This document shows positions 20,386 through 30,639 of a stretch of 45,538 bases of DNA, piece by piece. This stretch comes from Myxococcales bacterium (GTDB taxonomy: Bacteria; Myxococcota_A; UBA9042): NCBI GenBank assembly GCA_037441385.1, contig JBBISH010000040.1:1-45538 (forward strand), read 5' to 3'. How positions within the stretch are numbered: position 1 is the first letter of the stretch; the number at the start of each line of letters is the position of its first letter. Below the pieces are notes generated by a model. It saw nothing but the letters and a program-made list of their open reading frames with translations, searched no databases and was not told where the DNA came from. The position numbers and the translations under genes are program-made.

Positions 20386-21780
20386 TCAGGGCTGCCACCG
20401 ACCCCAACCCTGGTTGGCTTCGGCTCCAGTTTGCAGCGCTTGGGCCAAGTCGGGAGCCAGGCTCTCGCGAGCGCGATCCGCGACGTCCATCAACACTTTT
20501 CTAAAGTTCCCTGCGCTCGCCAGCATACGCAGGTCGCCAGCGGCGCCCGCTGCCGAGCGGTAGAACATCAAGCTCTCTTCGGGGGCGCGCACCCGCAGCG
20601 GGGTCAGACCGTACTTGGTCTTCATCGCCACCACGTCGGCGACGATACGGCAGGCGCCCCAATCGTAGTGATCGCCGGCAAATGGCCGCTCGACCACGGC
20701 GGTCAGATCGCGCAGCCACTCTTCGGCGCGACTGCGCTCGCCCTGCATCTCGAAACCGGCCTCGGCCAAGATGTCGTACAGCGGCGGCGTCCGCCGCGAG
20801 AACGAAGCGTCCAGCAAGCGCCAGTAAGCATGGACGAATGGCAGCGACAGGCTCTTGGTGGCGCCAAAGTCCAGCACGCCCAAGCGACCATCGGGCAGTA
20901 CCACGTAGTTGCCCGGGTGCGGGTCGGCGTGGATGACCCGGTGCCGCAGGAACGGGCCCCAGGTCGCGGCAACGAGCTGGGCACCCACGCGAAAACGCAC
21001 AGCGGGGCTGCTGGCTGGATCCTGGGCCACCTGCAGCATGGTGGGGCCGTCCAACAGTTCCAGGGTCAGCACGCGCCCCGTCGACAGGTCGGGAAAATAG
21101 TCGGGCACCACGAGATCCGGCCAAGGAGCCATCGCTTCGCGATAGATCTCAGCCTGTTCGATCTCTTGGCGGTAGTCGAGCTCGCGGCGCAAGACCGCCG
21201 CCAACTCCTCGTAATAGTGCTGATTATCGAACACTCCGCCGGCCATCGACATGGCTTTGGCCATCACGCCCGCGTTGCGCAGGTCGCTATCGATGGCCTT
21301 GTCCACGCCCGGGAACTGCACCTTGACCACCACCGCGCGCCCCCCCGGCAGCGTGGCGCGGTGCACCTGTCCAAGCGATGCGGCGGCCATCGGCTCGGGA
21401 TCGAAGTCGGCAAAGAGCTGGGCGACGGGGCGCTTCAGCTCAGCTTCGAGCACCGCCTCGACCTGCGGCCAGGCCATCCGCTGCGGGGCTTGGTTCAGCA
21501 GCTTGTGCAGGGCGCGCTTGGCCTCTTGGGGAAAGACGTCTTGATCGACCAGACTTACGAACTGACCAATCTTGGTGGCCGCCCCCTTCATTTCGCCCAG
21601 GACCTCGACCATGCGCTCGGCCGTGGGCTTGAGCGCGGCCCCCAAGTCCAGGTCGTCGCCGCCGGTCATCTTCTGCACCGCCTTGGCGGCGAGCAGATCG
21701 GCGGTGGTGCGTGCGGCCATGGTCGCCATGCGAGCCATGCGGCTCAGGCGACCGCCGTCCACGTGAGGTTTGCGCGTCAT
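20386..21780 (-). CDS. ABC1/AarF/UbiB-family atypical kinase
   Basis: KG.A.KIGQ, P.AAASLGQVH.A, VKVQ.PG, ELDY..E, HADPHPGN, LDFG; start MTRKP (21780). Confidence 0.93.
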   Translation of the reverse strand: MTRKPHVDGGRLSRMARMATMAARTTADLLAAKAVQKMTGGDDLDLGAALKPTAERMVEVLGEMKGAATKIGQFVSLVDQDVFPQEAKRALHKLLNQAPQRMAWPQVEAVLEAELKRPVAQLFADFDPEPMAAASLGQVHRATLPGGRAVVVKVQFPGVDKAIDSDLRNAGVMAKAMSMAGGVFDNQHYYEELAAVLRRELDYRQEIEQAEIYREAMAPWPDLVVPDYFPDLSTGRVLTLELLDGPTMLQVAQDPASSPAVRFRVGAQLVAATWGPFLRHRVIHADPHPGNYVVLPDGRLGVLDFGATKSLSLPFVHAYWRLLDASFSRRTPPLYDILAEAGFEMQGERSRAEEWLRDLTAVVERPFAGDHYDWGACRIVADVVAMKTKYGLTPLRVRAPEESLMFYRSAAGAAGDLRMLASAGNFRKVLMDVADRARESLAPDLAQALQTGAEANQGWGRWQP

Positions 21781-21865
21781 CGGGGTCCTTGCTGCGGCCT
21801 GGTGCCGGGGCGCTGGCAAAGCAAGCGGGGGTGGTCGACCTGGTCGGTCGGGGCAAACCGTTTGG

Positions 21866-23758
21866 TCAAAGGGCGATTCCCTGGTCGGCGCAATAGCGTT
21901 TGGCCTGGGCTTTGGCGCCGCCGCTTGCCTGGCCATACCAGGTACGGGCTCCGCCCAAGTCGCCGCGCTGGCAGTGGATCTTGGTCAGTAGGGCAAAGGC
22001 GCGCGGGTGGCGCATGGTCAGCAGGCTGTGGGTCGCCTTGCGCTCGGCGTCGGGCAGGTTGTCGCTGGCAAAGGCCGCCTCGGCCTCGACCAACTCAGCG
22101 GGCGCTGCCGACACGGGCGGGGCAGCCTTGTCGGATTCGGCGGTCTTTGCGGGCTCTTTGGCCGGCGCCTTTTCCGAGTTCTTGGCTGGCGCAGCCGCGG
22201 GCTCCTTCTCGGCCGGGGGCGCGGCGTCGGCCTGGGCGCCAGGCGCCATCGCAACCGGTGCAGGCAGCGGGCCGGCGCGCTCGGCAGCCGGTGCAGCGGG
22301 CGCGGTGGTGGGTTGCGGAGCGGCCGCGGCCACTTGCGGCGCTTGCGTGGGCACGGCTTGATTGGGCGCAGAGGGCGGGACAATCCCCGCTGCCGGGGCG
22401 GCTTCAGGAGCAGCCTGAGGCGCGGGGACGTTGGCCGCGGGCGAGCGCAGCAGGAAGGCAGCCACCACGGCGATCAGCGCCGCCAGCGCAGCGCCGGCAA
22501 CCAGCCAAGGCAGACGCGAAGGCGGTGCCGATGAAGCGGATAGTGGAGCGTTAATCGCAGCTGGTGCGGCAATTGGTGAAGTAACACTTTGCGACTCGGC
22601 AGCGCTTGGGCTCGCGGCGGGTTGGGGCGGTGCCGGAACCGGAGCCGCGACGGGAGCCGGAACCGGAGCCGCAGCCAGCAGGGGCGTGGGCACATTGCCC
22701 GCGGCGGTGTCGGCGGTGACCGCTTCGCTGCCGTCGAAGGTGGCCGCCGCCTCATCCTCTTGGCGCGTCGTCCCGCTCGACGTCACGACGACGTGACGAC
22801 CGCCCGCCTCGTCGAACTGTCGGGCCGTACCGTCTAGGAACTGCAGCGGCTGCCCAGTCAGCGCTTCGACGAACGCGCCCACATCGGCAAAGCGGTCGGC
22901 TGCCTGCTTGGACAGCGCTTTTTCGATCGCCTGGACGGCCGACTGCGGCACATGGACCAAGCTGGTGGGCAGCGACGGAGTCGGCGCGTGCACGACCTGA
23001 AACAGCAGACCCAGCGGCGTGTCCGCCACCCACGGCGGCGTGCCGGTGAGCATCTCGTAGACCATCACGCCCAGCGCGAACTGATCTGAACGAGCATCTA
23101 CTTCGTGATTTCGGCCGCTTGCTTGCTCAGGCGCCATGTATTGCGGCGTGCCCAATAGCACAGCCTCTTGAGTTTGCAGCGTTTGTGAGCCGCGCAACTT
23201 GCTGATGCCAAAATCGAGCACCTTGACGTGATCGCGGATCGTCCCGCCCGAGTCGGTGGGAACCAGAAACACATTCTCGGGTTTCAGATCGCGGTGCACC
23301 ACGTCGTGGCGGTGGGCCGCCAGAAGCGCCGAGCCGATCTGCCTTGTGATCGACACCACTTCGTCCCAAGAAAGTGATCCTTTGCGTCGCAATCGATCCC
23401 GCAACACCTCGCCTTGCAAGTATTCGAGCACGATATACGGCTCGCCGCCGTCGAGCGCAGCCAGGTCCAAAACGTCGACGATGTTCGGGTGGCCGATTCG
23501 CGTGGCGATCTCGGCCTCGCGGGCAAAGCGCACGTAGGCTTCGTCGCGCAGGCCAGTGCCGAGCAAGACCTTGATCGCACAGCGCTTGTTCTGCAGCCGT
23601 TGGTGGCGGGCCAGCCACACGGCGCCCATGCCGCCCTTGCCCAAGAGGCGTTCGACGACCCAGGTGCCGCCGATCACGCTGCCGGGTCCCAGGCTATGGC
23701 CCCCCGCGTCCGGTCCGGCTTGCCCGTTGCTGCCTTGGCGACTATCCTGCGTAGCCAT
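21866..23758 (-). CDS. Membrane-anchored Ser/Thr protein kinase (Hanks-type)
   Basis: LG.GGMG.V, AIK, HRDLKPEN, DFG, GTPQYMAPE, D.FALG; Pro/Ala linker, TM helix and short helical C-terminal domain. Start MATQD (23758). Confidence 0.95.
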   Translation of the reverse strand: MATQDSRQGSNGQAGPDAGGHSLGPGSVIGGTWVVERLLGKGGMGAVWLARHQRLQNKRCAIKVLLGTGLRDEAYVRFAREAEIATRIGHPNIVDVLDLAALDGGEPYIVLEYLQGEVLRDRLRRKGSLSWDEVVSITRQIGSALLAAHRHDVVHRDLKPENVFLVPTDSGGTIRDHVKVLDFGISKLRGSQTLQTQEAVLLGTPQYMAPEQASGRNHEVDARSDQFALGVMVYEMLTGTPPWVADTPLGLLFQVVHAPTPSLPTSLVHVPQSAVQAIEKALSKQAADRFADVGAFVEALTGQPLQFLDGTARQFDEAGGRHVVVTSSGTTRQEDEAAATFDGSEAVTADTAAGNVPTPLLAAAPVPAPVAAPVPAPPQPAASPSAAESQSVTSPIAAPAAINAPLSASSAPPSRLPWLVAGAALAALIAVVAAFLLRSPAANVPAPQAAPEAAPAAGIVPPSAPNQAVPTQAPQVAAAAPQPTTAPAAPAAERAGPLPAPVAMAPGAQADAAPPAEKEPAAAPAKNSEKAPAKEPAKTAESDKAAPPVSAAPAELVEAEAAFASDNLPDAERKATHSLLTMRHPRAFALLTKIHCQRGDLGGARTWYGQASGGAKAQAKRYCADQGIAL

Positions 23759-24584
23759 GAAGACTTGCCCTTCCCTGCAATTCGGGTCGCGGGTGCGCGG
23801 CCGCCCTTGTGCCGTCATGCTCGCATGTTTCGCGGCCTTCGCCCAGATGTCCGTTGCGGCGGCCGGCGAGCCCGAGCCCGCACCCGGCAGTGCCGTGGAC
23901 ATCGCGGCGGTGCGCGACAAGCTCGTCTTCGCCAGCGACGGCAAGGGCCACACCATCGCGGCCGTGCCCTTTGCCGAAGACCGTTGGAGCCACGTGTACT
24001 GGTCCGCCGACGGCAAGGTGTTCAGTGCCTTGCGAATCACCGGCGGCAGCGCCGTGGGGACCGAGAAGTTCGACAAGGTCTTCTGGGAGCCGCGGGTCGC
24101 GGCGCGCTGGCAGGGCGGTCTGGGGCTCGACGGCAACCAGTGGTGGGTGCAGTGCTTCGATCGCAAGACCAATCTGCAGGTGGTGGACGGCGACAACCGC
24201 ACCAAGCTCCTGGCCGCGCAGTTCGTGGCGCCGACCTGGGACCGGCAGGCCTACGCGCTGGCCCGCGACGACACGGGCACGTACTACTTCGTCGATCGCG
24301 GTGTTGGCGAGAAGAGTAAACATTTCAGAGTGTTCATCGGTCCTCGCGGACAGCTCAAGCCGAGGCCCTTGGTCAATGTGGTGACGGACAGCGAGGGTGA
24401 CATTTTTGCGACAAAGGAAGGCTCGCTCCGGCTGGTATTGGGCAAAAGCGAGTCGACCTGGATCGCCGGCAAGCGCCAGAGCAAACTGGTGATTTTGCCC
24501 TTGGACGAGAATCGTCAGATGATCTACCGCGAGCTGGGTCCCTACCTGGGGCAGCGCCTGGGCACGCCTTGCGACGACCTCTAG
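23757..24584 (+). CDS. Hypothetical exported protein
   Basis: Good codon bias, aromatic-rich globular sequence (YALARDD.G.YYFVD, G.PCDDL). Start ATG 23757 or 23817. Confidence 0.75.
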   Translation: MKTCPSLQFGSRVRGRPCAVMLACFAAFAQMSVAAAGEPEPAPGSAVDIAAVRDKLVFASDGKGHTIAAVPFAEDRWSHVYWSADGKVFSALRITGGSAVGTEKFDKVFWEPRVAARWQGGLGLDGNQWWVQCFDRKTNLQVVDGDNRTKLLAAQFVAPTWDRQAYALARDDTGTYYFVDRGVGEKSKHFRVFIGPRGQLKPRPLVNVVTDSEGDIFATKEGSLRLVLGKSESTWIAGKRQSKLVILPLDENRQMIYRELGPYLGQRLGTPCDDL

Positions 24585-24755
24585 TCGCCGGGCGCCCAGC
24601 GCAACAACGCAATCATTTCAACAAGTAGAAATTGCCCCCCAAGCGGGCGGCGCTGCTGGCCGGGGCGGTAGCGCGGTTGCCGTTCGGGCCGGTCCGTGCT
24701 ACATCGCCGCGCCCGGCGGGGCCCTTTTAGCTTCGGCCGCCGCTAGCGAGGACCC

Positions 24756-25943
24756 ATGAAGATCCACGAGTACCAGGCCAAGGTGTTGTTCCGCCAAGTC
24801 GGCGTGCCCGTACCCGAAGGTTATCCGGCTTTTAGCGTGGCCGAGGCCATCGAAGCGGCCAAAAAGCTGCCCGGACCCGTGCGCGTGGTCAAGGCGCAGA
24901 TCCACGCGGGCGGCCGCGGCCTGGGCGGTGGCGTCAAGGTCTGCAAGACCCTTGAAGAAGTAGAGGAGAAGGCTGGGCAGATCCTGGGCATGATGCTCAA
25001 GACCCACCAGACCGGTCCCTACGGCCAGTTGGTGCGGCGCCTGTACATCGAAGGCGGTGTGGACATCCGCCGCGAGCTGTACCTGGGCATGCTGTTGGAC
25101 CGCGACAAGGGCCGCATCGTGGTGATGGCCTCGACCGAAGGCGGCATGAGCATCGAGGACGTGGCCCACAACACGCCCGAAAAGATCTTCAAGGAATGGG
25201 TGGATCCCCGCGTGGGCCTGCAGGGTTTCCAGGCGCGCAAGCTGGGCTTCAAGCTGGGCCTGTCCGCCAAAGCCGTTGGCGCCTTCGTCAAGCTGTTGCT
25301 GAACCTGTACAAGCTCTACACCGAAAAGGATTGCTCGCTGGTCGAGATCAATCCGCTGGTCGTCACTGGCGCCGACGAGGTCATCGCCCTGGACGGCAAG
25401 GTGAATTTTGACGACAACGGCCTGTTCCGCCACCCCGACATTGTTGCGATGCGCGATCTGGACGAAGAAGACCCGGCCGAAGTCGAGGCCGGCAAATTCG
25501 ACCTGTCGTACGTGCACTTGGACGGCAACGTCGGCTGCCTGGTCAATGGTGCGGGCTTGGCCATGGCCACGATGGACATCCTGAAGACCTTTGGCGCCGA
25601 ACCCGCCAACTTCTTGGACGTGGGTGGTGGCGCAACGGCCGAAAAGGTGACCGCGGCCTTCAAGATCATCCTCAGCGACCGGCGGGTGCAGGCGATTTTC
25701 GTCAACATCTTTGGCGGCATCATGAAGTGCGACACCATCGCCGAGGGCGTGATCATCGCGGCCAAGGAAGTGGGTCTGGATCGCCCGCTCGTGGTGCGTC
25801 TGGAAGGCACCAACGTGGATCTGGGCAAGAAGCTGCTGGCCGAGTCGGGGCTGCCGATCATCACCGCCAACGACATGAAGGACGGCGCCCAGAAGGCGGC
25901 GGCCGCCGCCAAGAAGTTCGCCGAGACCGGCGCAGTGGCCTAA
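24756..25943 (+). CDS. sucC: Succinyl-CoA ligase (ADP-forming) beta subunit
   Basis: [53 protein letters not shown]. Confidence 0.98.
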   Translation: MKIHEYQAKVLFRQVGVPVPEGYPAFSVAEAIEAAKKLPGPVRVVKAQIHAGGRGLGGGVKVCKTLEEVEEKAGQILGMMLKTHQTGPYGQLVRRLYIEGGVDIRRELYLGMLLDRDKGRIVVMASTEGGMSIEDVAHNTPEKIFKEWVDPRVGLQGFQARKLGFKLGLSAKAVGAFVKLLLNLYKLYTEKDCSLVEINPLVVTGADEVIALDGKVNFDDNGLFRHPDIVAMRDLDEEDPAEVEAGKFDLSYVHLDGNVGCLVNGAGLAMATMDILKTFGAEPANFLDVGGGATAEKVTAAFKIILSDRRVQAIFVNIFGGIMKCDTIAEGVIIAAKEVGLDRPLVVRLEGTNVDLGKKLLAESGLPIITANDMKDGAQKAAAAAKKFAETGAVA

Positions 25944-25956
25944 ACAGGAGGATATC

Positions 25957-26847
25957 ATGGCAGTTCTTGTAGGAAAGCAGACGCGCCTCCTGGTCCAGGG
26001 CATCACCGGCTCCGCCGGCGCGTTCCATACTCGTCAGTGCATCGCCTACGGCACCCACGTGGTCGGCGGCGTGACGCCGGGCAAGGGTGGCCAGAAATTC
26101 GACGACACGGTGCCGATTTTCGACACGGTTGCCGATGCCAAGGCCGCCACCCAGGCCAACGCCACCATGATTTTCGTGCCGCCTCCGGGGGCGGCCGAGG
26201 CGATCATGGAAGCGGCCGACGCCGGCATCGAGCTCATCGTTTGCATCACCGAGGGCATCCCGGTGGCCGACATGGTCAAGGCGCAAACGTACTTGCAGGG
26301 CCTGCGCGCCGACGGCAAGAACGTGCGCCTCATCGGCCCCAACTGCCCGGGTATCATCACCCCCGGCGCGTGCAAGATCGGTATCATGCCGGGCCACATC
26401 CACCGCGAAGGCCATGTGGGCGTGGTTTCGCGTTCCGGCACGCTGACTTACGAGGCAGTGGGCCAGCTGACGGCGCTCGGTCTGGGTCAGTCGACCTGCA
26501 TCGGCATCGGCGGCGACCCGGTCAAGGGCACCGATTTCATCGACTGCCTGGAGCTGTTCCAGAACGACCCCGACACCCACGCCGTCATCATGATCGGCGA
26601 GATCGGCGGCTCGGCCGAAGAGGCGGCGGCCCAGTGGGTCAAGGCCAACTTCACCAAGCCGATCATCGGCTTCGTGGCCGGTCTGACCGCGCCTCCGGGA
26701 CGGCGCATGGGTCACGCGGGCGCCATCATCTCGGGCGGCACCGGCACCGGCCAGAGCAAGATCGCCGCCTTCGAGGCCGCCGGCATCGCCGTCGCGCCCA
26801 CGCCCGCCGACCTGGCCAGCACGCTGGTCAAGGTTTGGAAGCGCTAG
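25957..26847 (+). CDS. sucD: Succinyl-CoA ligase alpha subunit
   Basis: [45 protein letters not shown] upstream. Confidence 0.98.
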   Translation: MAVLVGKQTRLLVQGITGSAGAFHTRQCIAYGTHVVGGVTPGKGGQKFDDTVPIFDTVADAKAATQANATMIFVPPPGAAEAIMEAADAGIELIVCITEGIPVADMVKAQTYLQGLRADGKNVRLIGPNCPGIITPGACKIGIMPGHIHREGHVGVVSRSGTLTYEAVGQLTALGLGQSTCIGIGGDPVKGTDFIDCLELFQNDPDTHAVIMIGEIGGSAEEAAAQWVKANFTKPIIGFVAGLTAPPGRRMGHAGAIISGGTGTGQSKIAAFEAAGIAVAPTPADLASTLVKVWKR

Positions 26848-27046
26848 GAGCGTGTCGGGATAATCCCGGCACAATCCTAGCGCCGCGTCTTGCGCGGCGG
26901 CAACTGGCTGAAATCACACGAATTCACTTCGGGCGATTTTCGGCCAGTTGGACAGACGAAAAAGGCTAGGAGACTGGCGACACCCAATAAGATCATACTG
27001 TATAACTAAATAGACATGTAATATCGCCCATTTTGCCGACAGGCTC
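26848..27046. mobile_element. 199-bp non-autonomous MITE with IS5-like ends
   Basis: TIRs GAGCGTGTCGGGATAAT vs reverse complement GAGCCTGTCGGCAAAAT (14/17); CTAG on both flanks (26844-26847, 27047-27050); nested internal inverted repeats; no transposase. Confidence 0.85.
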
Positions 27047-27131
27047 CTAGCCCTCCCAATCTCCAACCCCAAGACCCACTTGCAGCCGCCGAGCCAGTCG
27101 CCGTGCTGCGCCCACAGCAAGGAGTAGTCCC

Positions 27132-27557
27132 ATGGCCCTCGAACGCACCCTATCCATCGTCAAGCCCGACGGTGTCGCCAACGGCCACATCGGCCACGTG
27201 ATCAGTCACTTCGAGAAGAACGGCCTGAAGATCAAGGCCGCCAAGCTGGTGCGCCTGAGCCGCGCCAACGCCGAAGGCTTCTACGCCGAGCACGCTGCGC
27301 GTCCGTTTTTTGGCGAGCTGTGCGACTTCATGACCAGCGGCCCGGTGATGCTGATGGTCCTGGAAGGCGAGAACGCCATCCTGAAGAACCGCGAGCTGAT
27401 GGGCGCGACGGACCCGGCCCAGGCGGCCGAGGGCACGCTGCGCAAGCTGTACGCCGAGAGCAAGGGCCGCAACACGGTCCACGGTTCGGATAGCCCGGCG
27501 TCGGCCGAGCGCGAGGTCAAGTACTTCTTCAGCGAGACGTTCGAGCTGGTCGGCTAG
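27132..27557 (+). CDS. ndk: Nucleoside diphosphate kinase
   Basis: ERT.SI.KPD, FY.EH..RPFF, SGP, GAT.P..A..GT.R, N.VHGSDS; RBS AAGGAG. Confidence 0.98.
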   Translation: MALERTLSIVKPDGVANGHIGHVISHFEKNGLKIKAAKLVRLSRANAEGFYAEHAARPFFGELCDFMTSGPVMLMVLEGENAILKNRELMGATDPAQAAEGTLRKLYAESKGRNTVHGSDSPASAEREVKYFFSETFELVG

Positions 27558-27647
27558 ACGTCTACTGAAATTCCTGCGCTTTGGCGCGAAGCGGCCCCCT
27601 TGCGCCGTGCTGACCTGCCGGCGATCTTGGCCGATTGCGAGGTCATC

Positions 27648-28826
27648 ATGCGTGAAGTGTGGATCGCGGGCGCCGCTCGCACTCCGATTGGCTCTTTTGC
27701 GGGTTCGCTCGCGGCGGTCCCCGCCTCGAAGCTGGGCGCGACGGCGATCAAGGCCGCGGTCGAGCGCGCCGGCATTCCGGCCGACCAAATCGACGACGTG
27801 TACATGGGGTGCGTGCTGCCGGCCAACCAGGGCCAGGCGCCAGCGCGGCAGGCCGCATTGTTTGCCGGGCTGCCGCAGTCCACGCCGTGCACCACGGTCA
27901 ACAAGGTGTGCGGCTCGGGCGTGAAGGTCCTGATGCTGGCCGCCAGCCAGATCAAGGCGGGCGACGCCGACATCGTGGTGGCCGGCGGCATGGAGAACAT
28001 GAGTCAGGCGCCCTACTATCTGGGCGGCGCGCGCGACGGCTATCGTCTGGGCCACCAGCAGGTCACCGACGGCATGGTCAAAGACGGCCTGTGGGACGTG
28101 TACAACGACTTCCACATGGGCAACGCCGCCGAGATCTGCGCCAAGGACAAGACGATCACCCGCGAAGCGCAAGACGCTTTTGCCGCCGAGTCGTACAAGC
28201 GCGCGCAGACGGCCGTGGCAAACGGCACCTTCAAGGACGAGATCGCGCCGGTCAGCATCGTCGGCAAGAAGGGCGACGTGACCGTGGTCGACAGCGACGA
28301 AGAGCCGGCGCGCGGCAACCCCAGCAAGTTCGCCGCGCTGCGCCCTGCCTTTGACAAGAACGGCACGGTAACTGCGGCCAACGCCAGTTCGATCAACGAC
28401 GGCGCGGCGGCGCTGGTGCTCGTGTCGGCCGACAAGGGCAAGGCCCTGGGCCTCAAGCCGATGGCGCGCATCCTGGCCTATGCCACCCACGCCCAGGCAC
28501 CCGAGTGGTTCACCACCGCCCCAGTGTTCGCGGTGCAAAAGGCAGTGGCCAAGGCCGGGCTGAAGCTCGAAGACATCGATGTCTTTGAGATCAACGAGGC
28601 CTTCGCGGTCGTTTCGTTGGCCTGCCAAGAGGGTCTGAGCCTGGACCCCGCCAAGGTCAACATCTACGGCGGCGCGGTGGCGCTGGGGCACCCGATCGGG
28701 GCTTCGGGAACGCGCATCGTGGTGACCTTGCTGCACAATCTGCAGCGGACCGGCAAGCGCTACGGTGTCGCCAGCTTGTGCATTGGTGGCGGTGAGGCAG
28801 TGGCGATCGTCGTCGAGAAGCTGTAG
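27648..28826 (+). CDS. Acetyl-CoA C-acetyltransferase (thiolase II)
   Basis: RTPIG.F, NKVCGSG, GGME.MS, NAS.INDGAAA, E.NEAFA, GHPIGASG, CIGGG. Confidence 0.96.
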   Translation: MREVWIAGAARTPIGSFAGSLAAVPASKLGATAIKAAVERAGIPADQIDDVYMGCVLPANQGQAPARQAALFAGLPQSTPCTTVNKVCGSGVKVLMLAASQIKAGDADIVVAGGMENMSQAPYYLGGARDGYRLGHQQVTDGMVKDGLWDVYNDFHMGNAAEICAKDKTITREAQDAFAAESYKRAQTAVANGTFKDEIAPVSIVGKKGDVTVVDSDEEPARGNPSKFAALRPAFDKNGTVTAANASSINDGAAALVLVSADKGKALGLKPMARILAYATHAQAPEWFTTAPVFAVQKAVAKAGLKLEDIDVFEINEAFAVVSLACQEGLSLDPAKVNIYGGAVALGHPIGASGTRIVVTLLHNLQRTGKRYGVASLCIGGGEAVAIVVEKL

Positions 28827-28871
28827 CCGGCGCCGCTTCACCAAACGCAACGAGTCGGGTAGGGTAGCGCC

Positions 28872-29609
28872 GTGAAGGTGCGAATCCTGTTGCTGGTTCT
28901 TGTGGGGTTGGCAGTGGCCTTTCCGGCCGAGGCCAAGCACCGCGGTTTCCGATTCTTTCCGCAAGACCTGGACATGGAGCGCCCAGGGACGGGCGAGGTC
29001 AGCGTGCGGGCCGGCTATTCGCCTCGCGGTGGACCGTACGTTGCCGTGCCGGATCTCGAACTCGACTTGGGCTTGCTGCGGCGGCTGGAGCTGGGGCTCG
29101 ACGGCCAGTGGGGGTTGCCCAGCCCGGGGGAGCCTTGGGGCGCCACCGATCAGGTCTGGTTGTCGCTCAAGCACTTGCTCGTCGACCATCGCACCGAGCA
29201 CGCGGCCATCGCAGTCGGCCTGCAGCACGGGCCGCGGTTGGCGGCCATGCCCCTGACCCAAGGAATCGGCTATCAGGCGCTGGCGCTGGTGGGGGTTCGG
29301 CGCGCCGACTGGCAGGCCCTGGTGGCAGTGGGCGCCGGCTTGGATCCGCACGACGACGCGCTGGGCCGGCGGCCCTGGATGGCGGTGGGCAGCGTGGATC
29401 TGGACTGGTTTCTGGGGGATACGTGGTCCCTGGAGGCACAGGTGCTGGACGCGCGCGGGCCTGGGGCGCCGGGCTGGACCGAGTCGCTGGGCGTGGCGTG
29501 GCAAACCGGCGACACGCAACTCCGCGCTGGCGCGACAACTTTGTTGGTGGGCGACCAGCAAGCGCCTGGCGTGTATGTGGGCATTTCGCAGAAGCTGAAC
29601 CTTCGCTGA
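28872..29609 (+). CDS. Hypothetical exported protein, possible outer-membrane beta-barrel
   Basis: Signal peptide ending AEA; alternating hydrophobic beta-strand pattern. Confidence 0.65.
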   Translation: MKVRILLLVLVGLAVAFPAEAKHRGFRFFPQDLDMERPGTGEVSVRAGYSPRGGPYVAVPDLELDLGLLRRLELGLDGQWGLPSPGEPWGATDQVWLSLKHLLVDHRTEHAAIAVGLQHGPRLAAMPLTQGIGYQALALVGVRRADWQALVAVGAGLDPHDDALGRRPWMAVGSVDLDWFLGDTWSLEAQVLDARGPGAPGWTESLGVAWQTGDTQLRAGATTLLVGDQQAPGVYVGISQKLNLR

Positions 29610-29658
29610 TCCGCGTGCCATGGTTGTCCGCGGGCAGAAGCCGTGGTATGGCAGGCGC

Positions 29659-30612
29659 GTGAACCGGTTGCCGCGACTGTTGCTGACCCTGCTCCCGGCC
29701 GCGCTGGCCTTGGCGGTGCTGTCGCCGGTGGGGCCCAGCAGTTGTTCGCCCGTCCAACAGCGTGCCCGCACTGATTTTTGGCTCGAAGCGCTGGCGGACC
29801 CAGTGCTGGAAGTCGACCCCGCGGCGCGGCTGCCCGCCGACGCGACCGGCCTGGACGCCGAAGGGTTGGTCGTCAACCACGGCCCCTCGTTCGACAGCCC
29901 GACCGACTACACCCTAGAGATCCTTGGCGATGCCGGCGACACGCTGTTTGTGCACTACAGTCTGGGCGCGGGCCAGCGCATCGGGGTCGAGCGCGGCGAG
30001 CTGGTGCGGGTGGTCCTTTGGCAGCACAAGAGCGAGGGGGGGCCGCCGCTGCGGGCGCTGATGCTCGAGGCCTACCGAGCGGGCGACCTCCTCCACCGCC
30101 GCGTGCCGGTGGCGATCGTGCAAGTCAATGGCCTGATATCCAAGAAGCTTCTGCCAGAACCACTGCGCCACGTCGTTCCGCATGACGAGGTCACCTACCA
30201 GACTTCGGAGCGCCTGAAGTCGACGTGTGCGCGATCCTTGATGCGGCGAGGCTTTGCGTCGGACGCCGATCTGGCGGCAAGCGGCGACGGCGCGGCGCCC
30301 AAGACCTGGCCGCCCGGGGCCAAATCCCTGTTCAGCGACGAGATCGACCGCTTCGAAGTCAACTTCGTCGACAACCGCGAGCTCATCGCCAGCGACTGCC
30401 CTGACCAGCACAAGCGGCTGTGGGCCTGGACGGCGCTGTACGTCGCGCCGCCGCCCGGCACCAAGCAGAACCTGCACAATTTGCTGATTCACGCGCCCGT
30501 CGGCGCCGCACAGATGACGTTGCCCACGGCGCCCACGCCGACGACGCCCAAGCTGGTGCCCGCCCCGCCGCGCGGTACGCCGGCCACCCATCCCAGCAAA
30601 CTTGGCAAGTAG
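29659..30612 (+). CDS. Hypothetical exported/lipoprotein
   Basis: Hydrophobic N-terminus followed by SSC, Pro-rich tail. Start uncertain (29620 or GTG 29659). Confidence 0.65.
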   Translation: MNRLPRLLLTLLPAALALAVLSPVGPSSCSPVQQRARTDFWLEALADPVLEVDPAARLPADATGLDAEGLVVNHGPSFDSPTDYTLEILGDAGDTLFVHYSLGAGQRIGVERGELVRVVLWQHKSEGGPPLRALMLEAYRAGDLLHRRVPVAIVQVNGLISKKLLPEPLRHVVPHDEVTYQTSERLKSTCARSLMRRGFASDADLAASGDGAAPKTWPPGAKSLFSDEIDRFEVNFVDNRELIASDCPDQHKRLWAWTALYVAPPPGTKQNLHNLLIHAPVGAAQMTLPTAPTPTTPKLVPAPPRGTPATHPSKLGK

Positions 30613-30639
30613 TTGCCGCAGCCGCCCGCGCTGCGCAGG

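Noticed and set aside
22530..22610. Short lower-GC stretch inside the kinase linker
   Set aside because: The frame is intact, no element ends are visible, and low-complexity linkers vary freely.
26998..27013. CTGTATAACTAAATAG resembling an E. coli-type SOS box inside the MITE
   Set aside because: Mismatch in the conserved ACAG half-site, and myxobacterial LexA uses a different motif; likely chance in an AT-rich tract.
27150..29876. 908-aa minus-strand ORF (similar long ORFs at 20050-22554, 24699-26006, 36064-37737)
   Set aside because: Antisense to well-supported genes (ndk, thiolase, kinases, sucC, cysN); no recognisable domains.
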